Source: Malacoraja senta (taxonomy: Eukaryota). Taken from it: DNA of 64,000 nt. The stretch spans positions 2,666,001 through 2,730,000 of the forward strand of contig CM075988.1 of assembly GCA_038087875.1 (NCBI GenBank). Reading direction: 5' to 3'. This document shows, one piece after another, positions 1 through 11,548 of this stretch. The notes below the pieces were generated by a model. It saw only the letters and a list, made by a program, of their open reading frames with translations. It searched no databases and was not told where the DNA came from. The position numbers were made by a program, and so were the translations under genes. Positions within the stretch are counted from its first letter, which is position 1. Every line of letters begins with the position of its first letter.

Positions 1-1554
1 GACTGATTCTTCAATAACACCTTTTATATATAGGGTTTGAAACGCAGCTTGAACCTCCATCACTTCTTTTTGTGCAAAGTGGAGAGTTCTGCTAGGAACA
101 TGCTGGACAGGCAAATCATAATTTGGATTGAATTCAATTCGAAATCCTTGTATACTATTCAGAATTACCACATCTGAAGTAATCTTCTTCCAATTGTTAT
201 AGAAGAGATGTAACCTGCCTCCAACTTTTGGACTTAACCCGGTTAGTATGTTCCCATGAGAACCAGGTCCACCTACCTCTTGAGTCATTTGAGTACTCTG
301 AGATCACTGGATTCTCCCGGAAGCACCCCCACTAGTTCTTGCTCCCGCTGCAGGCCGCCAGCTCCGTCCCTGCGTTAATGAGCGACTTGGTCCTGGTCCA
401 AGATCCGTATGATGTCTGAAAGGATACTTCCTCTTTACAGACTTTACAACCATTGATGTTTTCATCAATCCTGTTTTCGCTTCATCTTCCAACTCTTTAA
501 TATGTCTCCCGAGATCCTCTCCAAAGAGTAAGTTGGGTAATTGTACATTACTTGGTTTGCAGAGTGCTGCGAATTTCGGATTCATAGTAGGCCGTATAGC
601 ACCTTTCCTCAGACAATTGATCTCGAAGTGGGTGCTGCATAGCAACCCCAGTGCTTCCTGATGCAACTCCGTCATCTCTTGGCTTTTATCCACTATTTCA
701 ATTCTCGAGTTCTCATATTCATACTCAACTCATATTTTCTTGCATTCTCATCCATCTCCTGCTGTTCCAGCTGATGGGAAGCCAAGTAATTTATTAGGGA
801 GGCCAATTCTTATCCTAATGGCTCTCCTGACCCTGACGGGGCAGCGAATCATACTGCCAGGGGTGGAACATCTGGCAGCTGCCGTTCTTCGCCTTGTACA
901 GCCTCACCGTCAGAGTCGGGGTCTGAAATCTCATGACCCATGGCACGCTCCTCATCCCTGAGGGTGCATTCTATCAGCCCTGTACCAGGAGCTGTTGAGC
1001 TGCTTCCAGCAGCTTGGATTTCAGTACACTCTTACCTGAGTGTGCTTCGCTCCAACAGCCTATGTAGCAGGCTTTCCATTTGGGCAATACGCTTAAAAGC
1101 ATTATCTAGCCCTGGAGCTTCTTCCATTTCCATTTCCTGGGACTCCTCCTCCATGGCCCGTTTCGATTGAACTTGGTCTTGCGCCCGACAGGCGCTGACT
1201 GCCCCAGGTCCACAGTCGCTATGCTCACCGCTGGCGACTGTACCGGGGTTAGAGGCGGTTGGTCGCTAACCGCAGACTCCCGACTTTTCCGACTTTCTGG
1301 CGGCTGAGTCGCTCACCTCTTCCCCCTGCCCGTTTTTTTCCATGGCGTCTGTGAAAAAAATCCCCACAGACCCACAGTAAATGGACCTGAAAATACTGAA
1401 AAAAGTTTTTACTTACCTTGTAGTTAAAAAACTACAAATCCATTAGAGGAGCTCTGCTCCTCACGTCCGTTTGCGTCAAGGCGTCTGACGTAATGACGCG
1501 CAGACGCACTGGTCGGGTTCTTCACGTAGTCACTCACGTGACTCCGAAGTAAAA
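1..1554 (-). mobile_element. DIRS1-like tyrosine-recombinase retrotransposon, 5' part (left ITR, decayed gag-like ORF1, start of RT); continues beyond the window start
   Basis: Minus strand begins ATTTTACTTCGGAGTCACGTGAGTGACTACGTGAAGAAC, matching the ICR of the DIRS copy at about 25790. ORF1 runs from ATG 1343 with several in-frame stops and includes ALGLLCSTHFEINCLRKGAIRPTMNPKFAALC..LLFGEDL. Near 230-1 it encodes VGGRLHLFYNNWKKITSDVVILNSIQGFRIEF..KGVIEES, typical of the N-terminus of DIRS RT. Confidence 0.85.
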
Positions 1555-2237
1555 TCAATTGCCAGTCTATCTTGGCCAATTCACGTCTCATACCCTCAAA
1601 GTTACCTTTCTTTAAGTTCAGGACCCTTGTTTCTGAATTAACAATGTCACTCTCCATCCTAATGAAGAACTCAACCATATTATGGTCACTCTTGCCCAAG
1701 GGGCCACGCACAACAAGTCTGCTAACTAACCCTTCCTCAATACCCAGTCTAGAATAGCCTGCTCTCTCATTGGTTCCTCTACATGTTGGTTGAGAAAACT
1801 ATCCCGCATACATTCCAAGAAATCCTCTTCCTCAGCACCCTTGCCAATTTGATTCACCCAATCTATATGTAGATTGAAGTCACCCATTATAACTGTTTTA
1901 CCTTTGTTGCACGCATTTCTAATTTCCTGTTTGATGCCATCCCCAACTCCACTACTACTACACTAAGCCTGTACACAACTCCCACTAGCGTTTTCTGCCC
2001 CATAGTGTTTCGCAGCTCTACCCATATCGATTCCACATCCTCCAAGCTAATGTCCTTCCTTCCTATTGCGTTAATCTCCTCTCTAACCAGCAACGCTACC
2101 CCACCTCCTTTCCCTTTCTGTCTATCCCTCCTGAATATTGAAAATCCCTGGATGTTCAGCTCCCAGCCTTGGTTACCCTGGAGCCATGTCTCCGTGATCC
2201 CAACTATATCATATTCATTAATAGCTATCTGCACATT
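1555..2237 (-). mobile_element. CR1 LINE fragment, APE endonuclease region
   Basis: YDIVGITETWL, RRDRQKGKGGGVALLV and GKSDHNMVEF motifs; frameshifted; interrupted by the DIRS end. Confidence 0.9.
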
Positions 2238-4025
2238 CACGCGGCGTCGAGATCGAGTGTTCGTGAATTGTGCGCAAGTGCTTTAAATCATTTTGTAAAT
2301 TGTAAAAATAGCTTTTCGTATTGTTGTAGGATCCGGATTTTGTAAATATTCTCTGTATGTAAATAAATTAATAGTTAAGATTTAGATCGTGTTAAGTCCA
2401 CAGACCATCAGCTTGTGCGAGTGTTTACAGATTTAAAACTTGAAGCGAGAGTGTATTTAAGTTAGAAATTTGTAGTGTTTAATTTAGATATTCGTATTTG
2501 TTTAAGATTGTTTGGTAAGAATCTGAATCAGGGTGGTTTGATCAGGGGTTGTACTCCTTCGATCGCTGCGTCGGGGAGGAGTCATCCTGCTGATTGATTG
2601 TGCCACGAGGAGGATTGATTAAAGTGTGGTTTACTGTATGATCATAGTTTTTATTAGGGTGTGTTTTGGGTTCTTGATAATTGGGGGAATATTTTCATTC
2701 TTAGTTATAGTCTTGTTGGCGTGGTTTGGGCTTATTTTTTTGTGCCACCTTAAAGTTAATTAAGAGAGAGAGAGAGGCTGCTGTGTGAGAAACTGCTGCA
2801 TGAGAGACCGCGAGTGGGAGTTAGCCCCTTTGTTTGAAAGTTTGGAATTGAATGCAGCAATTGTGATTTAACTGATAAGAGAGTTGGGAGAGACTGAATA
2901 TGAGCGAGTGGTTTGAATAATTAAACAGGAATGATTGGGAGATAGTTGAAAGAAGGTGATTGCTGGAGTGGGTGTGAATCGTAAAGATCGTTACCCATTG
3001 TGTGGGAGAGATTCCATTGACCTTGGAGTCTGAGAGTAGTGAGAGAAAGAGGTGTTAGTGTCTGGAACCTTTATTTTGCAATTTGTGTTTTGTCCATTGT
3101 TCCGAGAAGGATCGATCAAAATGATTGGAAAGCCTGATAAGGATAATTTGTGGGGAGCTTCCAAATGAAGCAGATAGACTGAGGGGATTATCGGGGAAAT
3201 TAAACGCTCCAGCATTTATGTCTACCTTTGAAAGGTCAACTTTGGTCATTGGGGGAATAAAGTCTTTAATCGGGATAAACTATATAGAGACAATCGTTAG
3301 AAATTATGGGAATAGTGAAGAAGCAAATGAGTTAATTCAGATGAGGAAAGCATTCTTCACTAAAAGAAAAATAAAGAAAGAAATTGTTTTACTATCCACC
3401 CTAAGAATGGCGGCTTGTAAATTGAGAATAGGAGAAGATAGAAATGATTCTTCTCAGGACATTTCAGAGTGGGGACAAGGAAAATTAATAAGCCAACAGC
3501 AGGAGCAGGAACAGAAGCAGGAGAGAGTGTTGTCTTTCGAAAAGGAGACTGCTGAAACGGAAATTAAATCGGGTAAATTGGGTAAGAATGAGAAAGGGTT
3601 TGCACCCCTTGAAGGGAATTATATGCCAAACTGGGCAGAGTTCTTCGGAGTAGATATAGAGCCACAGTGTCCCTCACAGAACTCTCACGTTCCCAATTCG
3701 GGGGAACCGTGCGCAGCTTGTGGGCGGGGCACACAGGAGGAGTCAGTGTTGACTTCGGCTCCTCCACCTAAATTTGAATCTGACGTGGAGGCATCGGGAA
3801 GAGATCTTCTATCTCCTGGGATTGCCCAAGGTTGGAGAATAGTGGGGGGGACCCAGGAGCTAGACGGAAGGCTTCATCAACATGGGTGCTGGGGTTGATG
3901 GGGGAATCCAGTAGTGAAAGAATAAAAGAATCCTTCTTGAGGTACTGGGATAAAACATATAGCCTTTCTGGGGGTGAGAGATAAGGGGAGAATATGGATG
4001 GATTGGTCCGGACATAAATAATATT

Positions 4026-4463
4026 ATGGTGTCCGAACAAGTCACCACAGAAGAGAATTTAGTAAGAACTCCCCGTAGACAATGTGTTTGTAGGGAAATG
4101 CCCGCATCAGGTATAAATGTTCCCCAGACCACAGACACTCAGACATCAAGGCAGCCTGGTTCAACGGCAGCACGAAGATTAGAGATCCGAATAAAAGAGA
4201 TAAGAATGAATGAGGATAATGAGGAAGAGGACATAAAGGCCTGGATAGACCTCCCATTTACAGAACCAACCTTTCCCAGGTTTGGCTGGCGAGGTTGTAG
4301 AGCAATACGGCCCGATCAGTGTTTTAGTTGTGGGGGACTTGGGCGCTGGGGTCGGTCGTGTCCCATGAGAGAATATCATCAGGAGGAAGGGGAGGGGGCA
4401 GAGGAGGAGGCCACTGGGTCACTGAAAATGATGGATTCCAAGTGGGCACCGAGGCTCCTGTGA
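4026..4463 (+). pseudogene. Gag nucleocapsid-like ORF remnant with degenerate CCHC knuckle
   Basis: C-x2-C-x4-(H>R)-x4-C spacing in CFSCGGLGRWGRSC. Confidence 0.45.
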
Positions 4464-5034
4464 CCCTGAAGGTAGAGGATGGGGACACTGGCAGGGGGAT
4501 CAGGGGGAAGGGACATACCAACAGTCCAACCCATTTCGGACGATAGCTAAAATAAAACAATTCCTCCAGATTGATGACCTGGAAAAATCATCCACACATT
4601 CATCTCCTCCCGCCTAGATTACTGCAACTCCCTTTACACTGGCATCAGCCAATCTTCCCTGTCCCGCCTGCAACTGGTCCAAAACGCCGCAGCGAGACTC
4701 CTGACGGGCACCCGAAAAAGGGACCACATCACCCCGATCCTGGCCTCTCTCCACTGGCTCCCTGTGCGGTTCCGTATAAACTTCAAGATCAGCCGACTTG
4801 GGGTTGCTGAACCCTCAGATCGGCCGACTTGGGGTTGCTGAATATCCCACGGTCTAGGCATAAGCTCAGGGGCGACCGCGCCTTTGCGGTTGCAGCCCCT
4901 AGACTGTGGAACAGCATCCCCTTTCCCATCAGAACCGCCCCCTCCATCGACTCTTTTAAGTCAAGACTAAAGACTTATCTATACTCCCAAGCCTTTCCTG
5001 ACATCCTCTGAGTGAGGGCTACATGTACTGTATA

Positions 5035-6651
5035 CAGTGGCTTGCAAAAGTATCCATACCCCTTGAACTTTTCCACATTTTGTCACGTTACAACCACAAA
5101 CGTAAATGTATTTTATTGGGATTTTATGTGATAGACCAACACAAAGTGGTGCATAATTGTGAAGTGGAAGGAAAATGATACATGGTTTTCAAATTTTTTT
5201 ACAAATAAAAAACTGAAAAGTGTCGCGTGCAAAAGTATTCAGCCCCCCTGAGTCAATACTTTGTAGAACCACCTTTCGCTGCAATTACAGCTGCAAGTCT
5301 TTTGGGGTATGTCTCTACCAGCTTTGCACATCTAGAGACTGAAATTTTTGCCCATTCTTCTCTGCAAAATAGCTCAAGCTCAGTCAGATTGGATGGAGAG
5401 CGTCTGTGAACAGCAATTTTCAAGTCTTGCCAGAGATTCTCAATTGGATTTAGGTCTGGACTTTGACTGGGCCATTCTAACACATGAATATGCTTTGATC
5501 TAAACCATTCCATTGTAGCTCTGGCTGTATGTTTAGGGTCGTTGTCCTGCTGGAAGGTGAACCTCCGCCCCAGTTTCAAGTCTTTTGCAGACTCTAACAG
5601 GTTTTCTTCCAAGATTGCCCTGTATTTGGCTCCATCCATCTTCCCATCAACTCTGACCAGCTTCCCTGTCCCTGCTGAAGAAAAGCATCCCCATAGCATG
5701 ATGCTGCCACCACCATGTTTCACAGTGGGGATGGTGTGTTCAGGGTGATGTGCAGTGTTAGGTTTCCGCCACACATAGCGTTTTGCATTTAGGCCAAAAA
5801 CTTCAATTTGGGTCTCATCTGACCAGAGCACCTTCCTCCACATGTTTGCTGTGTCCCCCACATGGCTTGTGGCAAATTGCAAATGGGACTTCTTATGGCT
5901 TTTTTTCAACAATGGTTTTCTTCTTGCCACTCTTCCAAAAAGGCCCAATTTGTGGAGTGCACGACTAATAGTTGTCCTGTGGACAGATTCTCCCACCTGA
6001 GCTGTGGATCTCTGCAGCTCCTCCAGAGTTACCATGGGCCTCTTGGCTGCTTCTCTGATCAATGCTCTCCTTGCCCGGCCTGTCAGTTTAGGTGGACGGC
6101 CATGTCTTGGTAGGTTTGCAGTTGTGCCATACTCTTTCCATTTTCGGATGATGGATTGAACAGTGCTCCGTGAGATGTTCAAAGCTTGGGATATTTTTTT
6201 ATAACCTAACCCTGCTTTACACTTCTCCACAACTTTATCCCTGACCTGTCTGGTGTGTTCCTTGGGCTTCATGATGCTGTTTGTTCACTAATGTTCTCTA
6301 ACAAACCTCTGAGGCCTTCACAGAACAGCTGTATTTCTACTGAGATTAGATTACACACAAGTGGACTCTATTTACTAATTAGGCGACTTCTGAAGGCAAT
6401 TGGTTGCACTGGATTTTATTTAGGGGTATCAGAGTAAAGGGGGCTGAATACTTTTGCACGCGACACTTTTCAGTTTTTTATTTGTAAAAAAATTTGAAAA
6501 CCATGTATCATTTTCCTTCCACTTCACAATTATGCGCCACTTTGTGTTGGTCTATCACATAAAATCCCAATAAAATACATTTACGTTTGTGGTTGTAACG
6601 TGACAAAATGTGGAAAAGTTCAAGGGGTATGAATACTTTTGCAAGCCACTG
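5035..6651 (-). mobile_element. Full-length Tc1/mariner (DD34E, IR/DR type, Passport-like) DNA transposon, 1617 bp
   Basis: 213-bp TIRs at 5035-5247 and 6439-6651 starting CAGTGGCTTGCAAAAGTAT; TA at 5033-5034 and 6652-6653; internal direct repeat TGCAAAAGTATYCA at both ends of each TIR. Confidence 0.97.
5253..6272 (-). CDS. Tc1-family transposase, 339 aa, uninterrupted
   Basis: Paired-like HTH N-terminus with GRPPKL; WSDET, QQDNDPKH and SPDLNPIENLW, with 34 residues between the second D and E; C-terminus KGGSTKY. Confidence 0.97.
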   Translation of the reverse strand: MKPKEHTRQVRDKVVEKCKAGLGYKKISQALNISRSTVQSIIRKWKEYGTTANLPRHGRPPKLTGRARRALIREAAKRPMVTLEELQRSTAQVGESVHRTTISRALHKLGLFGRVARRKPLLKKSHKKSHLQFATSHVGDTANMWRKVLWSDETQIEVFGLNAKRYVWRKPNTAHHPEHTIPTVKHGGGSIMLWGCFSSAGTGKLVRVDGKMDGAKYRAILEENLLESAKDLKLGRRFTFQQDNDPKHTARATMEWFRSKHIHVLEWPSQSPDLNPIENLWQDLKIAVHRRSPSNLTELELFCREEWAKISVSRCAKLVETYPKRLAAVIAAKGGSTKY

Positions 6652-7130
6652 TATATGTATGTAGTTTGTTTTGTTGTGCTATTCTTATAACAAATGTAAA
6701 GCACTTTTGCCAACGAGAGTTGTTTTTTAAATGTGCTATATAAATAAATGTGACTTGACTTGACTAGCTCTGACCTGCCAGTTAGCAGCAATACCTTCTG
6801 ATAGAATTAAAAGGCATCCTCACCTGGCCTGAGAAACAGGAGCATCACCCCTTCCAAATAGGAGAATATACATCGAATCTGACTCAGAGAATTCTCACTA
6901 AAGGAGGAAGTATGGCAAGGAAACATAGTAGCTAGCGTGGGAAGAGATAACAACTGAGGAATGGAAATGGCACTAGGGAGAAAAGAAACAAACTTACTGT
7001 GCAGGAGTAATGGGAGTGGGGAAAAGAAGATATTGAACTAATGTATTGCTGCGTTTTGTGCCTGCAGGACAGTGTGTCAACAAGAGAATATCTGGGGAGT
7101 CTCAGTATCTCCACTCCCTAGTGCCAGACA

Positions 7131-7630
7131 CCATCCACAGAGAATTCCACAGACTCACCACTCTCTGTGAGAAAAAGTGTTTCCTCGTCTCCATTCTAAA
7201 TGGCTTAAACTGTGGCCCCTGGTTCTGGACACCCCCAACATCGGGAACATGTTTCCTGCCTCTAATGTGTCCAAGCCCTTAACATTCTTATATGTTTCAA
7301 TGAGATTCCCTCTCATCCTTCTAAACTTCAGAGTGTACAAGCCCAGCCGCTCCATTCTCTCAGCATATGACAGTCCCGCCATCCCGGGAATTAACCTTGT
7401 ATTCCTATGCTGCACTCCCTCAATAGCAAGAATGTCCTTCCTCAAATTAGGGGACCTAAATTGCACACAATACTTCAGGTGTGGTCTCACTAGGGCTCTG
7501 TACAACTCCAGAAGGACCTCTTTGCTCCTATATTCGATTCCTCTTGTTATAAAGGCCAACATGCCATTCGCTTTCTTCACTGCCTGCTGTACCTGCATGC
7601 TTACTTCACTGCCTGCTGTACCTGCATGCT
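7131..7630 (-). mobile_element. CR1 LINE RT C-terminal fragment
   Basis: VKKANGMLAFI..LYRALVRPHLKYCVQF..RLGLYTLKFRRMRG. Confidence 0.9.
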
Positions 7631-9221
7631 GGATTTTAATTGTTTAACCCTTGATGGTAAAGAGGCTTATATTATCAAGGTGGAAAGAAATTGTCCCTGG
7701 ATTTGGCATATTGATTGGACATAGGATGAAATTAATAGTAAAGGAAATTGATTGTTTAAATTTGAACAGCTGGGAATTCCACAGGAATTGGAAGGGAATT
7801 GTATTATCGGCTACAATGCTGTGGAATGAGAAGAGGAAATGGGCATTGAAATTTGAATAGTAAATTGAAGGCTGAGACTATATTTAGTTAAATTGGAACA
7901 TTTATCATGGTTTGCTTCAAATTAAATTCATGCCTGTATGGGGAATCTGGACCGAACCCAGCTGATTACCTGTCACCAGATATACATAGTAACACCATGT
8001 GAGGATGAAGAAGGATATTTAGTGTCGATCCTAGAATAATAAAGAGTATGTTAGGGAATAGATAGGAATAGGGATATAGTGCAGTATAATAGGTTCAATA
8101 GATAATGGAATAGGGATAGGTTCAAGTGAAATAGGAATAGCGAATATGTGGGAAAGCAGGAATGCATGATGGTAACTTGCATTGTCCCAAGTTTCTTAGG
8201 ATTTTCTACTGTGGAAGGTGATGGAAGACTGGGCGGGAACATGGATCGAGGTAAATCGCGCCCACGAAATTCGGGAGGTGAAGAATCCTCAGACAGGACT
8301 TGTGAAGTCATGCCCATGAAAACTCGGGACGCTTTACAAGATTCTGAGAAGAAACATCATCATCTTGTGTTACTGATAGATGGGAAATGTAAAGCACACT
8401 TATGTATATCTGGTTAGCTGATTATTGAGCCACTTTGGTTATCATTAATGATGGGTTATCATTATGATAAAAGGAAGTAATGTTAATCCTGGCTAAATTG
8501 GAGCAGCTAGGACTTCAAAAGGGGGTTAAGTTTCAAGGTTGCTGGGAGATTTGGTCAAATTGGAATTACTCTCAGCACAGCTGGGACAGGCTGCAAAGAG
8601 GTGCCTGGAGCTTAGATACAATCTGCAAGCAAAGAATGGGTAGCCCTGCAAAACCTGTCAATCTGGTGCAAAATGCATAGAATGGATTGGATGGCTGCAA
8701 ACCAGACATACACCTTGTAAATAGTTGTAAATAACGTTGCAGAGTCTGACTTTGATAAGTTTTGATTGGATGAGGTGTTGAGCCTAGTCTGTGTTTTCTG
8801 TTAATCAGGGTAAATGTTTCCAAGTTGACCATCTCGAAGTATTGAACTGTTGTATCATAGGGTTAGGGGAATGCCTGTTATGTATGGGGTTAATCGATAT
8901 CTGTAATTGGGTGATTAAGAAACCACCCCATGTGGTTTGGCCCTTGAGGTCCCGGGACCTATAAAAGTCCGCGACCACGAGGCTCAGCATCGATCTTCTG
9001 GAAGAGCGCTCAGGACCGGGTACCCTTCTGGAGTGCCTCTGTCTGAGCGAGGGCTAGAGGGCTTGAACAGGCAGACGGAAGGATCAAACCCGCGGTGGGA
9101 TAGATACAGTGTGTGATCTGTGACTCGTTTTTGGTAAAATCAATTTTTTTTGATTCAAGTGCTTGATTCAGTGTTTTTACTGAAATTAGACTGGGGGAAG
9201 CATAGAAACGTGCAATTATCA

Positions 9222-9562
9222 CACTCTGCCTGAAATGCTGTGAAATGGAGTTTGTTGGCTTGCACTCTCCCTGAAATGCTGTGAAATTGAGTTTGGTGGC
9301 CTGCACTCTGCCTGAAATGCTGTGAAATTGAGTTTGGTGGCCTGCACTCTGCCTGAAATGCGGTGAAATTGAGTTTGGTGGCCTGCACTCTGGATGAAAT
9401 GCTGTGAAATTGAGTTTGGCGTCCTGCACTCTGCCTGAAATGCTGTGAAATTGAGTTTGGTGGCCTGCACTCTGGCTGAAATGCTGTGAAATTGAGTTTT
9501 TTGGCCTGCACTGCCTGAAATGCTGTGAAATTGAGTTTGGTGGCCTGCATTCTGCTTGAAAT
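9222..9562. repeat. 41-bp minisatellite, about 8 copies
   Basis: Unit CACTCTGCCTGAAATGCTGTGAAATTGAGTTTGGTGGCCTG at 9222, 9263, 9304 and onward. Confidence 0.95.
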
Positions 9563-9581
9563 GGAATTTCAAGGAATAGCC

Positions 9582-9750
9582 ATGAGTGAACTGCCAGCAA
9601 ACGAGCCCTGAGTGACTGATCTGCCAGCCCGCCAGCCCTGAGTGGCTGAGCTGCCAACCCATCAGCCCTGAGTGACTAAGCTGCCAGCCCACCAGCCCTG
9701 GGTGAATGAGCTGCCAGCCCACCAGCCCTGAGTGACTGAGCTGCAGCCCC
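9582..9750. repeat. 30-bp minisatellite, about 5.5 copies
   Basis: Unit approximately GAGTGACTGAGCTGCCAGCCCACCAGCCCT. Confidence 0.9.
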
Positions 9751-10891
9751 CCAAGGTCAGAGTGAGGGCCATGTGCCTGCTTCTGTCACTGCTGGAACAT
9801 AAGTGCCTCTGTGAGGAGGTGTGTGGCTGAGTTGGATCGAGCGGTTGTGTGTAGATCACGTCAGGAGCGCACTGGAAAGGCTGAGTAAATCAGAGCTCGG
9901 TGTGAGCTTGTTTGAGCATGATTGATCATCACACTCAGTCCCCGGGGATCTCCGTCACTTCATCTGTCTGAAAGGAAAATTCTTTGTGCTGAAGATTCCC
10001 AGACTGATATTTGTCCTCTCTGATTGAAGCAAGCGCTGATTCCTGAACAAATCGCTGCTGGAAGCACCGCTGAGGCTGATGTGGAGTAGCCAATAAATCA
10101 CTGCACAAATTACTCCTCTGCCTCCAGAGTTCAGCTCTTTGCAGGAGGATCAACGCATGGTGTCAACCCGAGGCTGCAATTAATGCATTGCTGGGGCTGC
10201 AGCTCACATTGTGGGCTCATTCATCGGAAACGCAAACATCCGCCCCCCCCCCCCCCCTCACACTGGAGCATTAAACCCGTAGCCCCTGACAGCAGTGACG
10301 CTCACGCATCTCCTGCACGTTGGCATTCATTCACGGGCAGCAATATCTAACATGAAATGGCTGATGTGAGGCATGGAGACTTGGAGCAGTCATCTCCCCC
10401 ACTGTATTTCCCCAGTGAGGAGCAGAACTGAGCATAATAACTCAGTCAGGACACACACACACACAGCCGATCACTAATCACAGTGATGTAAGTGAAATGG
10501 AAGGAGCGTGATAAATGTGTTTGCATTTGAAGCAAACATTGTACTGTATCTGAGATGCTGATCTGACATGTTTGTATAGTGACTTATACTTGCTTATGTA
10601 TAATGACACTTGTACTGAACTGACCTCGGTACATGTGACAAATAAAGTGCCATACATTGGTATGTGAGGGGGTTGAATGTGAGGGGGAGACGATCTCAGC
10701 AGTTGGGCAATAACAGTTCCACTGGGGATGTGCAGGGTGATGGTCGTGGAGAGGTACAAGAAGGTAGGGGCGCAGACAGTGAACCACGATGTCTAGACTC
10801 TTGCTGGCAGCAGTGGTTGGAGCTGGTGGGTGGGAATTTTGAATAAAGGAAAGCAAGTTAATGTGAGGTTAGAACCAATGTGTACTTGTGT

Positions 10892-11099
10892 ATAGGAAGG
10901 AACTGTAGACGCTGGTTTAAATCGAAGACAGGCACAAAATGCTGGAATAACTCAGCGGGACAGGCAGCATCTCTGGAGAGAGGGAATGGGTGACGTTTCG
11001 GGTGGAGACTGAAGGAGGATCTCGACCCGAAAAGTCACCCATCCTTCTCTGTAGAGATGCTTCCTGTCCCGCTGAGTTATTCCAGTGGTTTGTGTCTAT
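10892..11099. mobile_element. Penelope-tail-derived palindromic short element
   Basis: Inverted arms CACAAAATGCTGGAATAACTCAGCGGGACAGG / CCTGTCCCGCTGAGTTATTCCAG, similar to 18191-18316; centre at a degenerate hammerhead core. Confidence 0.8.
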
Positions 11100-11548
11100 T
11101 AATGTGTACTTACGTTTACCATAGAGAGGATGAGCAGAGGAGAATGTAATGGAGGCTAAAGAGACCAGCCTAGACACTGCTGTCTGATTCTAAGGTCATT
11201 GATGCGTGAAGGCCCCAGCGGCGTTAGGTTGAAAATAGACACAAAAAGCTGGAGTAACTCAGTGGGACAGGCAGCATCCCTGGATAGAAGGAATGTGTGA
11301 CGTGACCCTTCTTCAGACGTTAGGTTGGAACTTGACTCTCAGCAACGCTCTGCCCTTTCCCTATGTCCCATGATCACTTTTGTATTACTCCACCTACAGT
11401 GGTGGGTTCGGGACTCCAATGTCCCATGAATGGGCTGATCACTTTGAATATTAAATAACAAATATAAATGATTGTCTTGGCTGGAACAGGTTAAGACATC
11501 AAGTTGAACATGTCAAGTTAAACCTGAAAGTCAATGAGTGATTAATTC

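Larger units (their letters stand above)
4542..6765 (+). mobile_element. 5'-truncated L2-clade LINE 3' end, interrupted by the Tc1 element
   Basis: IHTFISSRLDYCNS, LHWLPVRFRINFK and GDRAFAVAAPRLWNSIP..FKSRLKTYL motifs. The 3'UTR resumes at 6652 and ends in AATAAA plus (GACTT)n. Confidence 0.85.
2240..9223 (+). mobile_element. Putative decayed LTR-retroelement/ERV-like sequence hosting L2, Tc1 and CR1 insertions
   Basis: Gag-like ORFs 3125-3898 and 4026-4463, the latter with an RG-rich stretch and degenerate zinc knuckle CFSCGGLGRWGRSC. Decayed frames at 7630-8500. LTR-like end with TATAAAA at 8960. No pol motif or PBS recognised. Confidence 0.4.

Noticed and set aside
9222..9750. CRISPR-like array, or repeat-protein ORFs 9010-9722
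   Set aside because: Units are head-to-tail with no unique spacers, there are no cas genes, and the context is eukaryotic. The ORFs are by-products of the 41-bp period.
9935..10153. 72-aa ORF as a host exon
   Set aside because: No recognisable domain or convincing splice pair
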